64,000 bases of DNA from Felis catus (taxonomy: Eukaryota). The DNA lies in contig NC_058368.1 of NCBI RefSeq assembly GCF_018350175.1, forward strand, positions 63,304,001-63,368,000. The letters run 5' to 3'. Positions 1 through 13,490 of this stretch are shown here, in pieces (position 1 is the stretch's first letter; every line of letters begins with the position of its first letter). Under the pieces are notes generated by a model. The model saw nothing but the letters and a program-made list of their open reading frames with translations, was not told the origin of the DNA and made no database searches. Both the position numbers and the translations under genes were made by a program.

Positions 1-323
1 GCATCTGCTCTGTCTCCTTGTTTGGCTGATGGGAGCCAAGGAAAGGAGAGTGGGCAGCAGTGAGACAGAGTACCAGTTCTGTGGGCAGGCCTTCCTGCCC
101 ACGAAGGCAGAAGAACAGAGCTTCTCTTTCCACCGCATTTCTGTGTTCTTTCACTTCATGCCTTCAAGCCAAGGGATGGAAATACACCCTCTGCCAATAC
201 TGCCCTCATCTTCAGGGAGTCTATGCTCACTTCCCCCACTTCCATAAATAGTCCCTTTATTAAACTCCTCAAATCACTGGATGTGGTATGTCGTTTGTTT
301 CCTGCAGGACCCACACTAATACA
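1..323 (+). mobile_element. ERVL-type LTR 3' fragment (LTR33-like, family uncertain)
   Basis: Ends ...ctttattaaactcctcaaatcac...gtttcctgcaggacccacactaataca, resembling the 3' terminus of old ERVL LTRs. Confidence 0.5.
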
Positions 324-619
324 AACACTTCTCTGTAAAACAGATTAGCAAGCTCTACCCCTTTATTCTTTATAGGAAACTACTTCATTAGATAATGTTT
401 CATCAGCTTTATGGTTGCTTGTGGAATGTAAATGGTCTTACAACAGACCTTATCAGCTCTCTGTCCCTATCTCGTACATCTTTTTGCTGGTTTCCTTCAT
501 TTTCAGTCCCTAAACTTGTACCTGTTCCCTCCAGTGGCCAGATGGAAGTGCCTAGAAATTTACATACCTCTACTTCTACCCAGCAGCTACTAATTAATGA
601 CTTGTGATGTGCTTGTATA

Positions 620-873
620 AATACTTCGGCTCCCTCTTTCCAGATAGGAGACAAATCTGTAGTGTGACCTATCCTGTCTCCAGATATACCTTGCTGGATT
701 GAGCCATGGGAATTATCTTGATATTGCAAATTTGCTTGAATTCCTCCCCACCCCTCCCCATTCTCCCCTTCCTTGTTCCCACTCATCTATGTGTTTTTTC
801 TGGATACATTTCCTAATAAACCACTTTCACCTAAATCCTCATCTCAGGGTCTTCTTCAGGGGACTCTAAGTCA
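620..873 (+). mobile_element. LTR16-like ERVL LTR 3' fragment
   Basis: ttcctaataaaccactttcacctaaatcctcatctcagggtcttcttcaggggactctaag resembles the LTR16 3' end. Confidence 0.6.
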
Positions 874-904
874 GAAAATAAATGTTTAAAAATATAAAAT
901 GATA

Positions 905-1100
905 GGGACACCTGGGTGGCTCTGTTGGTTGAGCATCCGACTCCTGATTTCGGCTCAGGTCATGATCCCAGGGTGATGGGATTGAGCCCTGTGTCAGGCT
1001 CCACTCTGGGCATGGAGTCTGCCTGAGATTCTCTTTGTCTCTCTCCCTCTGCTCCTGTCCCCTGCTTGTTCAGGGGATTCTCTCTCTAAAATTTAAAAAT
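905..1100 (+). mobile_element. CAN-SINE (SINEC)
   Basis: gggacacctgggtggctc head, tRNA-like body, CT-rich region, A-rich tail. Confidence 0.9.
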
Positions 1101-1226
1101 GAAAGAGAAAGAGAAAGGAAGGAAGGAAGGAAGGAAGGAAGGAAGGAAGGAAGGAAGGAAGGAAGGAAGGAAGGAAAAGGAAGGAAGGAAGGAAGGAAGG
1201 AAGGAAGGAAGGAAGGAAGGAAGGAA

Positions 1227-1296
<70 letters not shown>

Positions 1297-1297
1297 A
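1101..1297. repeat. Compound (GGAA)n(GAAA)n microsatellite
   Basis: Directly visible ~195-bp purine-only tandem tract. Confidence 0.97.
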
Positions 1298-1764
1298 ATC
1301 CTTTATAACCATTGAAGGCCAATGGACATGTGTTTGAAAGACATCCCTAATCAGGGATGTTTGTTTTTTAATCGATAGTGGTACAAAATAATTATTAGCA
1401 TTGACAGAATTTTCTAAAAAGCAATACACAGGAGAGAATTGATTCACTTTCTCTGACATCTTTTTAATGTTGAGACATTAAATCCTAAAAGCAGGAGCTT
1501 TGATGAGATCATGTTATCCCTTACCTGTGGATGTGTCACTATAAAGAGTAAAGATAAAGCATTTGCTGTCTTTTCATAATTCCACAGGGCTGGGAAGAAA
1601 GTCATAGATGCTCAGTGAACTAGTTACTGTTGGAAAGGTCTCCTGGTCCCTTTTTCCCATACTAGGGCCTCCTGACTCATCTTTATCCTCTCCAGGGGAG
1701 AACAGGCATGTTTGTAAAACCAGAGTAACAGAGGGAGAAGAGACTAACAAGACACAGTTCATGA

Positions 1765-1915
1765 TTCTCCTATTTCAGCCTTTACTTTGATAAGTAAGGG
1801 CATCAAATCCCAAGAGTGAAAGTGGTTTACATGGAACTATTCAGCTGGTTCGTGAAAGGGTGGGGACTTAGTCCCATGTCTCCAAAGTTCTAGTTAAGTG
1901 CATGTCCATTGCTGA
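1765..1915 (-). mobile_element. MIR fragment (degenerate)
   Basis: Weak similarity to the reverse-complement MIR core. Confidence 0.4.
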
Positions 1916-3274
1916 TACCATCTATCCACTTTTAAAATTACATAAGTATTCTCCAAGATTCTGAGAGAGATACAGATTTTATCTTTCACCACCTTTTGAT
2001 TTTTTTAAATGGATTTTTTTTTGTAATTTTATCATAAAGTTAAGTGGTTTTGCTTAGTTTAATTACCAAAGTTGATTGAGGTTAATTATTGATCAGTTCA
2101 CTAGAAATTTTTACCTTTTCATTATCAGCCTGACTTAAAAGTGAGGGATGAAGGAGTGTGGGGCACCCTGTCTTTCCTCCCAGAAGGTTGGTGGTATCAT
2201 CACCTCCTTCCAGGAAAAGAGCCATGTGTCACCAGCAAACAAACTACTTTGGAGAGACTGTTTGATGTAAAAAGTCATGTTTTATAACCAAAATGTAAAA
2301 CATACATTCAAGTCAGTAAAAGTATTAAAATAGTCTTCCCTAATCTTTTTTTATTCATTGATAGAATCAAAAAGATGATTTTCCCTGCTTTAATTTCTAA
2401 GCAGTTTATCAATTGAGAATGAATTAACTGAATGAATAATTGCATTCTTAATAACCTACAGAAAATAGTACTGATGTAAGTAACTTTTTCAAAAAAGGTG
2501 GTTTCATAAATCCAGGCACCTAAATTAGTTCTCATTGGTAGATCATTGCTATATTTTTCAAATCTAATAGGCAAACATAAGATCTACAAATGAGTTATCC
2601 CTGTGCACTGGCATTGATTACAGTGAATATTGTGTTTGGCTCTAGTTTGTGTTTTGGATTAGGCATGGCTAGTTTTGACGTACTTGTAAAAGCCATTCTA
2701 AGTTTACATGCGCTTCAGTGACTGTAAGTTAAAAGTAAGAATTCATGGTATGTGGTGGTCTCTTTACAAACAAATCTTAATGATAAAGTTTAAAAATACC
2801 TTACAAATATACTTTAAAGGTATTAAATTTTGTTTGTGATTTTAATCAGTTTGAATAGCATACATATTGTAAATACAGGTTTTTAATTATTTTGTAAGTC
2901 TTCCTTTCCAAGATATGAAGCCATTGTTAGTAGGAGATTTTTAATCGTTTACAAATTAAAATGCAGCAATGTTATACTGTCCTATGATAAATCTACACAT
3001 TCTATTTCTGTAAAACTTGCTTCTACCTACATGCAAACCTAACATTATTTGTCAGAGGAAGATAGGGAGGAATAATTAACATCGCAAAAATAAGAAAACA
3101 AACAAAAAACTATACATGTAAGCAAAATCACACCACTTTGAGAGTAACCACCTTATAAAATTAGAGTCATTTTGCAGAAATTTAGTTCATAGGTTTGTTT
3201 TTGTTTTATATAGACTCAAAATTATCTTTGAGGTGTAACCTTTATTAATCTCCTCCAACATTAACCCTGACAAG

Positions 3275-3505
3275 AGAGCCTTGAGCCGAATGTGAGAATT
3301 CAAACCCACATTCACTGCTCACCAGAAGTGTGACCTCAGGAAGAATAATTAACATCTCTGAGCCTCAGTTTTCCCATCTATATAATGGGGATGTTAATAA
3401 TAGTAATTACTTCCCAGCAATGCTATTGATTAAAATAAATCAATATATATAAATACTTAGAAGAATGCCTGGCAGTGTTACACTATATATGTTTTTATTA
3501 TTGTT
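3275..3505 (+). mobile_element. MIR SINE
   Basis: tgtgacctcagg...aacatctctgagcctcagttttcccatctatataatgggg MIR core; agaagaatgcctggca tail. Confidence 0.85.
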
Positions 3506-5016
3506 ATTCCCAGTGCATCATATGTGCTTAATAAAAATTTGTTGAATAAATGCCCCTTCAAAATAAAATAATACATAGCAGCTCTAATCAAGTAATATCA
3601 CACAAAATATTCTCGTATTTGATAAATATTCAAGTTCTAAGACTATAAGAAGTTCAGAAACTATTCCAGAGTCTGGTATTCACAAAGCAAGATATTATTT
3701 ATGCAAAGTTATCTGAGGGGCTCTGAGAACCCCACATCATTCCTACAAAATCAGCTCTAGTGCCTAAAGCCCACCCAATAAGACTGGATACACCAAGAAA
3801 AGTCCTTTTTAGGAGACAGATGTTAAAGAGCAGAAAGAGGTCATGTTACATATTAAAACATAGTTAACCACTTAGAACAAAATGAGGATTAAAATACTAT
3901 GTACTACAAATTATAGTTTATTAGATTAGGCAACTACTTAGAAACATTCTGGGAGATTATAGCAAAGAACAAGGATGCTAACAGGAGAGTGCTAGAAGGG
4001 CTTTGTGATAAGGTGAGAGGAATAAATTGCCTACTTATTGTTTTTCTCAGAGGCTAGTACTCCTCTGTCATCTCAGAATGCTACCAATACTATTTTAAAA
4101 CAAGAATTTTCAACCTCAGGATGTATGTGATAGTGTGTCTAGCTTTTGAAACGACTGACAAAAAGATCTGATAATGCTCCATGTTATGACACTTCCATTA
4201 TCCCACAAACTAAAGACTTTCTTGCTCTTGAAAAAAAAAAGTGTTTCCATACTTCAAAGGAAAAGCTTGTCTCCACCTAACACTGACGGTTTCATTTGTA
4301 CTATGTGCAGAGTACAAATTGTAGTGCAGGAGCTAGTGTGGATCAGTCGGTGACACAGTTAGAGAGCCTGACAGTGGGTTACAAGGGCAGACACTGCTGC
4401 AATGTAACCCTGACCTGTTACATTCAAAGGTGGGGAAAGAACTGAGAAACAACTAGTATGCTATGTATGAGAAGCAAATGGCACTAGTTTTTCATAGGCA
4501 CCTACTGTACTAATTCCAGAAAGTTCACAGTGCTATAGTATTACTTTGAGTTTTAGGGTCTGGGTTAATATGCTCAGAGTGTGTCATAACAGAAACTAAA
4601 GGTTAGAAGATTTATCGTAACCAATTGATACTTCTGTTAATTAACAATTATATAAATTGGGGCAGCTTATCTGTATAAAATACTCCTCTCTTTCCTTACC
4701 AAGTCTGATAAGATAGACACAGGAGTCAGACTGATGGAAACTGAGGTGTCAGCTCTCTTCTAAAAGATAACTTGGAGGGCACGAGGCATGTGTGCCCACA
4801 GATGCTTGCTAACATGTGTGAATTTGCCTTTCACACTTAACAACCCTGAGATGTGGCCAGAAGCAAAGTCAACTCTGCTATTCGTGGAATAGAGCAGACT
4901 AGAATATACTTTTGTTACAGATAGGCAGTCCACCCCCAGAAAAGAGAAAAGATAAGCAAAACACTCAGTGAGTTAAAGAATGCACTTCTCTTCATATGGA
5001 GTTTAGGGAAATGTCC

Positions 5017-5196
5017 AGCATGTGGCTTTCAGCTAGAAATACCCCCTAGGGGACTTTGGGAAAGGCATATGGCTGCTCCCGGCATTTGGCGAGTGAGTGC
5101 CAGAGTTGCTGAACATCCTGTAAAGCACACTACAGTCCCAGGCAATGAACAATTATCCTGCCTAAAATCCAACAGCACTCCTGTTGAGAAGCTCTG
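5017..5196 (+). mobile_element. MER20-like hAT-Charlie MITE
   Basis: ccccctaggggactttggg...gctgaacatcctgtaaagcac...aattatcctgcctaaaat...gttgagaagctctg resembles MER20. Confidence 0.7.
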
Positions 5197-5317
5197 CTGG
5201 GAACCCTTCCACAGGTAAAGGGGAGCAAGGAATGAGTCACCACAGTTTTGTGAGTGGGTGTGTGTGCACAGGCACATCTGTCCCTATGGGAACACAGCTA
5301 AATTTATGTGAACTATT

Positions 5318-5685
5318 TCTTTTTAATGAAGGTATAATTTACATTCAGCAATCATCATCTGTTTTTGTGGACTTGACCATCATCAGGATATAGAAGAATG
5401 CTATCGCCTCCAAAAATGCCCCCTTGCCTCTTACTGTCAGCCCCTCCCATCTCAGGCTTCTAGCAACTGCGATCTGTTCTCCGTTCCCATTATTTGCCTT
5501 TTCCAGAATATCATGTAAATGGAAGCACACTTTCAAATCTAGCTTCTTGCACTTAGCATACCGCATTTACGATTGATTCATTCATGTTTCTGGGTCATTG
5601 GTCCATTCTATTTGTTCTTTACTAATATTCCTTTGTGTGGATGAACCACAATTTGTTTACCTACTCCACAGTTGAAGGGCATTTC
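5318..5685 (-). mobile_element. Old L1 (L1MB/ME-type) 3' end fragment
   Basis: tttgccttttccagaatatcatgtaaatggaa...acttagcata, typical reverse-complement L1M 3'UTR. Confidence 0.8.
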
Positions 5686-5859
5686 ATGTGAAACTTGAAC
5701 CTTTAGAAATTTATGTTGCAAGTAAAATAAATGTCCTTAAAAAGTTGGGTCCAAACATGAACTTGCTGCATCCCTTCTCATATTCTCCACCAACTCCCCC
5801 AGAAAGTCATTCTGATTCATTGAACCCAGATTTCTCATACATGCTACTGCCATGTTATT

Positions 5860-6005
5860 TACTACATTGTAATAGTTTCTCCTATAAACTTCAAGCTCAT
5901 TGAGGTAGGAATGGTGTCCCATTTAATATTTCTATCCAAAGCACAAGTATAATCGGAGCATATAGGGTATTGTTTGTTGAATAACAATGTTTGAACAAAT
6001 GAATG
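5860..6005 (+). mobile_element. L2 3' end fragment
   Basis: caagctcattgaggtagga...tgtttgttgaataacaatgtttgaacaaatgaatg. Confidence 0.55.
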
Positions 6006-6062
6006 GCAAACTAACATAAGGGTTTTTATATGTGATATGTCATCAAAAAATAACATATCAGT

Positions 6063-6276
6063 GGGGCACCTGGGTGGCTCAGTCAGTTAAGCATCTGACT
6101 TCAGCTCAGGTCACGATCTCATGGTTGGTAGGTTCGAGCCCCACGTCATGCTCTGTGCTGACAGCTCACAGCCTGGAGCCTGCTTGGGATTCTGTGTCTC
6201 TCTCCCTCTTTCCCTCCCCCTGCTTACACTCTGTCTCTCTCAAAAATAAACCTAAAATAAATAAATAAATAAAAAT
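6063..6276 (+). mobile_element. CAN-SINE (SINEC_Fc-like)
   Basis: ggggcacctgggtggctcagtcagttaagc...ctgtgctgacagctcacagcctggagcc; (AAAT)n tail; partial TSD aaaaataacat. Confidence 0.93.
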
Positions 6277-6369
6277 AACATTAGCTAACAACTCAAATAT
6301 TTTGTTGTCTAATTACATTGAAAGCAGAAAGTTTGAAACCACATGATCTTCAAAAGTATTTGTTGCTTA

Positions 6370-6588
6370 GTGGCTTCTGGGTGACTCAGTCGGTTGAGTG
6401 TCCAAGTCTTGATTTCAGCTCAGGTCATGATCCCAGGGTCATGGGACAGAGCCCCGCTATAGGCTTCGTGCTGAGCATAGAACCTGCTTTAGGTTCTCTC
6501 TCTCCCTCTCTCTCTCTCCCTCCTCCACTTGTACATGCTTGCATGTGCTTTTCTCTCTCTCTCAAGATAAACTTTAAAAAAATTTTTT
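6370..6588 (+). mobile_element. CAN-SINE (older subfamily)
   Basis: SINE head and body; degenerate TSD aaagtatttgttgcttag / aaagtatttattgtttag. Confidence 0.9.
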
Positions 6589-6729
6589 AAAGTATTTATT
6601 GTTTAGACATTAGAATTTAATGTCTTAGTGTCTATACCATAAAAAGTTTACAGAAACTTAACAAGGGACTATTAATTATGACTGTAATTCTTTTACTTGG
6701 GTCCACCTTTTTATCTTTTACCTTTATTT

Positions 6730-6794
6730 GGAATCCTGTGAGGCTTCCTACTAAATCATCAAACCTAGAAGTGGTCTTGGGGAGCCTCAACACA
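6730..6794 (+). mobile_element. MER21-like LTR 3' fragment
   Basis: ctgtgaggcttcctactaaatcatcaaacctagaagtggtcttggggagcctcaacaca. Confidence 0.5.
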
Positions 6795-7812
6795 CCTGGC
6801 ATACTCAGAAAGGGTTGGAAAAAATAAAAACATAGTTCATTTCAATATACTTTTCCTAATATAATATTTTTGATAACTTTCATCACATCAATTAAGTATA
6901 TCTCTATACAAACCTTGAACTGGCATATTGTGATTAGTCTATTCATGGAAAACGTCCACAGTATAATCTAATTGGCCAAATGTGACTTGCCTTTATGAGA
7001 AATAAGTCACTTTGTAATATTGATTACTAAAGTTTGTCTCATCAAAATTAAGCTGATAGAGATCAAAATATATTCTACCCACATTATAATTTTACAAAAT
7101 GAAGAGAAAATACAGTTTCTTTTTACTTTGTAATAAGAGTGATATAAATGAATATACACTATAAGAAGCTAAAATTTAAAAAGTTATTTATAAGATAGAG
7201 AAGATAAGTTATGGTATTCTTTAAAAAAATGTTCATGTGCAGGTATTGAAGTCCTACATTTAACTTTATAGAATAATTAGATAACAATCAAGTATCAAAA
7301 TCAGAAATCACTAAATTAACTGTATATTTCATGATCAAACTTTTTTTAAGTAATGAATGAAGTAGAAAGACATATACCATCAAAGTAAATCCATCCTTGA
7401 GCTAGTATATAATTTCAGATTGTCTATATATGGCAGAAAACAGTCACTATTGTATAAGGTGAAATACGATAAGGTTTAGCTATAACTGTAATAAATATTT
7501 CACAATATGACTTATTTTTAATCTCAAAAAATCATAACAAAATCATAGCCTTAGACTTCTAACCAATTACAAATTAAAATTTTGGTAGCCCTTGAAAATA
7601 TTTCAGTTAGAGTTCAAAAGTCAGTGTCAATAATCTATTTTGTTTGGTCTTTCCAAGGATGAATATTAAGAATAGTTGAAAAGGAATGGCTTATCTTTAT
7701 ATACATGACAAAATTTTTATTGCTCATTACTTCTTACCAATATTTACTTAGGGATGCTTTCATGAGAATATCCTTCAAAAATAGTGCATTTTTCATTACA
7801 GGACAGAGGATG

Positions 7813-7841
7813 AAAACAAACAAACAAACAAACAAACAAAC
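7813..7841. repeat. (AAAC)n microsatellite
   Basis: Visible tandem repeat. Confidence 0.9.
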
Positions 7842-10800
7842 ACATTTTAAATAAAGGTGGCCATTAATCCCTGAGTAGAACTCTACCAAATACTTGAACT
7901 CAGAAGATCCCACAAAGATCCCATACAGACCCAAATACCCTGCTTTCTAATGCTGTGCTATATGCTTAAGAGAATGTGTACAAGGAGGGAAAGATGGAAA
8001 GCCCTAAGGGTTTTTTGTGCTTTGCCAGTCGTTAAAGCTTCCACAGGGATCCAAGGGGGTCTAAAGTTCCATTTAGATTTGGGACATGAAGGGATGCTTT
8101 ATTTTAATAAAATGGAAGAATTATTATGAAAGCATCACAGACTAATTTTAGGAAAGAGTTTATATATAGAAGATCTGAAACATATCCCTGAAAAACACCT
8201 GATCTCTCTTACCCTTTGGAAAATTTTGTCATATTCGCTGATTATATGTGTACCAGTTTGAAGACCACTGGTGACAGGTACTTCCCTAAATATTCCAAGG
8301 ACTCTTTATAACCTAACTCTCATATCCAGTTGCAAGTAGGAATATATTGCTGACCCTACCTGTTATGGACAGTACAGGATAAACTTAGAAATTGAGGATT
8401 GTGCTTACCTTGGTTCCTGGACCTACTTTCTAATGATTTCTGTCATTCCCCATAGGATTCCACACCACTCTACCCCTAATTTGCTGGCCATTTTTAACTG
8501 TGTCTTGTCAGCCTAGATAGCAGCTCTATTAACCTCCTGATGACAGTAATATGATTGACACTGTCTAAGAGAATAGTGTTATCAGATATAAAATCTCTAA
8601 TGGCAAAAATAGATACCCCCTAACATTAATGCAGTGATTTGTTTTTAAATCTTACTGTGAATGGCATTATAACACATGCAAATACATAAATTTCCAATTT
8701 TGAATAAAATGAGATTTTTTTTTTTGAAACTTGGGTTCTTTTATGGAAGAATTCATAGTACTTAAAAGGTTATAAACTGAGAACAACTGGTTTAGGAAAT
8801 AGAAAATCAATTTGGTGATTACCAGCCCCTGGTTGGTTCCCTTTCATATAATCTCTGGTCAGTGATTGCAGAATTTTGAACCATGACTTCCTATAATTTA
8901 GTCAATAGTTTTGACTCTCAAACTAAGTGAAGTGTATTATCTTTAATATATTTCTAATCAATCTTTTTATGTATGTGTACTGTTAAGGTTATCCAGTCAT
9001 CTGGCATCCAGAATTAGTATCATCACTCTCTGTAAAGTGCTTAAAGTAGTAAAGTGAATAGGAAACCGTGATTACACAGAGATATATATGTAGAAATAAA
9101 ATCCAAGACAACTTTTGATTCAGTAATCTATTACCCTACCACAGTACATTTTTTTGTAGTTAATAATTATGACTTTCCTCAATTACATTTTTATGCTCTT
9201 TGAACCATCAGTCCTTCAAGGGGATAATCTGTAATATATTTCAAAAAGTGGTCTTTACTTTGTTTCATATATGTGATATTTTCAGCACACCCAACACTGA
9301 AAGAAGAAAGAAAGAGAAAGAGAGGAAGGTGAGAGGAAAATAAAAAAGGATGACTGCGAAAATCTGGACAGAGAAGAATATCATGTTAAATAAATTATTA
9401 TATATAAAGTAACCATTCTACCTGTTAAGAGAAAGAAAAATGGAATCATTTCTTTAAACAACCTAATATTAGGTCATCGTTTTTCTGGTATAGAAGGTTT
9501 GATATACTAACAAACATATCCACATAAAACAATAGTTAGCACCAACTGACCTAGAATTGAGAGTAAATGAATCTCTGATAGATTCCTTAAAAAGCCTAGA
9601 AAAACAACTTTCTATTTAATTTATATTTATAATTTGTTAGTGACCCAATTCACCCTATCCAAAAGAAACATTTCTAATGCATATCTGTAATTCAAATATA
9701 AAGCAAAAGAAACAGGTATAAACTATGCAATCTGTTGCCATTTTATTTAATTTCTTTTGCTTTATTAAGCACATCCTTATCTAGCTCTTTAGAAACCAGT
9801 TCTTTATCCAGGATGACAGTTCAGGAATTATGTATAAAGTTTCTGCGTATTTCTTGCTTAAAATTTCAACTGGACCATTTTACAGTTTCTAAAGGATAAT
9901 TCAGACCAATCTCATACACAATAATGTGCACTTTTTTCAGAAGAACTGATATTTATGTGCTTAGCCAGTTTTTCAGAAACCACAGCTATCCCAATCTCGA
10001 TAAATACATAGTAAGAAGTTATATAAACAATCTGTATTCTACATATAAGGTCAAATGAAAATATTAGGGAAACTTTGGAGTATATGAAAAAGTTGGGAAA
10101 TCCATGTGAAGAAAAGTTGGTCAATTTACTTGAACTTCTTCTTTCAAATATCCAATACAGTCAATACATTGTGGTTATGCAGACATTAAATAAGCTGAGA
10201 AAACCTCCAAACATTTGAAATTCACATTTTTCCTCAGTCTTAAATTCCTCTGAGAATTGTACTCAACTCGGAAATGCTTGGGAATGCAGCTCCTAATTCC
10301 CCCAAAGAGAAGTTCTTTCCATTTTGATTTTCTCAGCCACAAGCTAATCAGTCTTAATTGCTCCCAGCTGTGATTTCTTCTCTCAGGGGTTGCTTCCTGC
10401 TGGTACCCAAGTAGTACAGAATCATGCAGTTTTGTTAAACTCCAATAAATACATGGGAGCTTTGTAAAATCTAATTTACTATACAACAGTTCAAGCACTG
10501 TAACTATCAAGTAAACTTTCACTCAACTTTGAAAGCTGATCCCATAATGAAGAGGACCCTTTTTCAAAGAGGTTACAAGGTATTGAGCAATTGGAAGTTA
10601 TATTTTTACCATTAGGGATTACAATGAAATATTATTTGTACTTGTATTTGTAATGGGTGTGTGTTTGTAGTGTATATCTATGTATATATCTATATATCTA
10701 TAGATATATAGATATGTTTGTATATATGTATTTGTGTACATAATACATTCATATTAAATTCTTTGTGTTATATGCAAAACATTTTTCTTATATATTAGGA

Positions 10801-11769
10801 ATTCTTATTATAGCAAAAAGCGATTTAAAGAATCAAAACTGCATGCTGTCTGGAAACAAAACACTGTGGTAATACCAAGGAAGTAAATTAAAATAGGAAA
10901 TATTGCCACATTAAAGTCTTCATAAAATTAAATAATTGGGTCTCCCTGACATTTTATACTATGTCATCTGAAAAACTGGGGGAGAAAGATTATAAAATCT
11001 TTTATAATTCAAAAATTATAATCCTGGTTATAAGAAGAGCATTTAAAAATGATATCACCTGAAAAGAATAATGAGATTTTATGTTTTTTAGTTTACTTAT
11101 GGTATAAACACAACCATCATGTTTAATGAATCATTTTCTATTAATTATTTTCATAAAGAAAAAAAGGAAGAAAGAAGAAAAAGATTAAAGGAAATTAACT
11201 ACATCTGAAAGTGATTTAAGAAGTGACTGTGGGCTTTTTTATTAAAACCAGTGAATCTGAAGTTTCAATTAATGAACCACAATTCATGGCTATTAGCTTG
11301 ACTAATAAACTTCGTTATTAGACAAAAAACTGAGGGTAATGAAGACAAAGTATCGAAGCTTGAGAACAGGTTGCCATTGGCAGAAATTGAGCAAGTTTAA
11401 AATGCCTAAATGAGAAAGTTTGCAAAACAACCTTAAGGAAACCACAAAAATAATTGTTCTTTTGCATCCATGTTCTTAATGAACTCACTTCATATTAAAA
11501 TATAGCAAGGTTTATTTGTGCTCAAAATAGTACATACATGGGATCAACATGCTGTAATACACACACAAAGGTCTATAAGGCACTATAGAATTGTATAATA
11601 ATGAGAAAAAATTCATATGTTTTCAGAGTTAAACAGAATTTCTTAGTGTTATTTTTACTTCTGAAAGTAATTTTATATGTAATAATTTATAATTCATGGC
11701 TAAACATGTGCCATATTTATACTAATCTCCATGTCAGAAAACCCACTGTTTAGACAGAAATCAAATCTA

Positions 11770-12800
11770 GAAAGTCTAAGCTAAGAGAAGGATTAATTCA
11801 TGCCATACTAATACTTCCACAAAGAACAACTAAAAAAGGCAGATAAATACAAAAATCCTTTACTTAACACATCATATTACGTTAAGCAATAAAAACAAGC
11901 AACTAAGACGTTGGATATGGGAAGACCATGGAAAAGTGAGCTTATGATAGGCACCCATTCTTTTGAGGGCAGTTTGTCTTCCTGGGGTGCCAGGAAGGGG
12001 GAGAATCTGGCTAGTGTAGGCAGGGAGCCGCTATGGGAGACCAAAACCTGTGGAGTGTTCAGTAGTTGTACAGCTCTGGGAAAACACTATTGTAGAGTTG
12101 AGTAGCCTCAGACATAAAGCCTGTTTTCTCCAAAGATGTGTGGAATAATTCTAAGACTTACAGGAAAGAAACAAAATAGCTAAGCCAATAACTTCTAAAT
12201 AGTAAAGCAAATTGTTCTATAGTACTGTGATGCCAAAGGGAAAAGACCCTCCAGATGAAGTGGTTCCAGTGAACACAATTATTTTCAGTTGACAGTCTTG
12301 GAAGGAGTGGTGCATTGTTGATCCACAGCTGTATTTTCAATTTTTTTTTTCTTCTAATGGGGAAAGTAAGGGATTGAGAATTCATTCTTTTTCCTGGCAA
12401 AAGAGTGAGGTTCAGAAAAATCAGCAGAAACATTTGTGGTCCCGTAGGGTAACTATGACAAAATTGAAGACTGGAGGGTTTCTCCTTTAAGACATTTGCT
12501 GAATTCTTAAGAAGCCTGAAGAAGAAAGCTAATGAGTAATATCAAGGAATTTTCCTCATTTACTTATTGCAAAAGAGAGAAACATCCTCCAAAGATGGTG
12601 ATCCCAATGAACACTTTTGAAATCCTGTTCCGAATTGGGATGTCTAGAGTCAAAAACAAAGAACAAACCAGAAGTACAGAGAATTTGTACATCAACTCAG
12701 CTTAGAAAATGGAAGATTTAGGTGCCAAACCCCCTTTTCTATTCACTAAATAGAGACAGTAGAGATGCTTCTCTCATGGAAGATAACTTCATCTGAGACC
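11770..12800 (+). mobile_element. Possible ancient L1M 5'-region remnants
   Basis: cttccacaaagaacaactaaaaaaggcagataaa resembles old L1M 5' ends; lies just upstream of an L1ME-type 3' end. Confidence 0.35.
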
Positions 12801-12864
12801 TCTATGGTTTTTCCTTTATAATGTGTGCCATTCAATCAAAACCATTATGTACCAATTAACTAAA

Positions 12865-13490
12865 ACATACCTACTGATGGAATTGTAAATTGGTACAACC
12901 ATTTTGGAAAACTGTTCAGTACAATGTATATGAGCTGTATGTATGCATGTCTTACGACCCTGCAATTTCATTCCTAGTTACACAAAGAACAGAAATTTGT
13001 ATAAATGCTTATCAAAACACATACGCTAGAATGTTCACAGCAGCAATAGTCCTAGCTGACCCAAGATGGAGAAAAAAAAATCCATCATCACTAGAATAGA
13101 TAAATAAATTATAGTGTATTTATGCTATAGATGACCATAGGCCAATAAGAAATTAATAAACTACAACTACATGCAACAGGAATAAGTCTCACATATAAAA
13201 TGTTGAGTAAAAAGCCAGATACAAAAAAACTGTCTAGTGTATGATTGCATGCTTAAAAAGTTCAAAATCAGGCAAAACTAAGCTGTCAGTCTTGAGGGTA
13301 TATGGAATGGAGAGGGAACAAGGCCGCTTCCAAGATACTGGTAATGCTCTCTCTCTTGATCTGGGTTCTTGTGTCACAGATATGTACACTTTGTGGAAAT
13401 TTTTTGAGTTCTACATTTATAATTAGTCTTCTTCAGTATGTATGTAGGTTTTACTAAAATGTTTACATAAAAGTGAAAAAAAAGAAAGAA
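12865..13490 (+). mobile_element. Old L1 (L1ME/MD-type) ORF2 end and 3'UTR
   Basis: Translation resembles the L1 ORF2 C-terminus (VQPFWKTV...YDPAISFL...RMFTAA); ctggtaatgctctctctcttgatctggg 3'UTR motif; A-rich end. Confidence 0.85.

Noticed and set aside
1035..1459. Long K/E/R- and S/F/L-rich ORFs (similar ones at 14617-14860, 18058-18286, 55575-55764)
   Set aside because: Translations of microsatellites and SINEs, not genes
4300..4435. Possible exon STNCSAGASV...TCYIQ
   Set aside because: Poor pyrimidine tract, weak donor (gtgggg), no recognisable protein
10175..10522. 115-aa ORF (similarly 409-786 and 22194-22535)
   Set aside because: No recognisable domain or splice context; chance ORFs or repeat-derived
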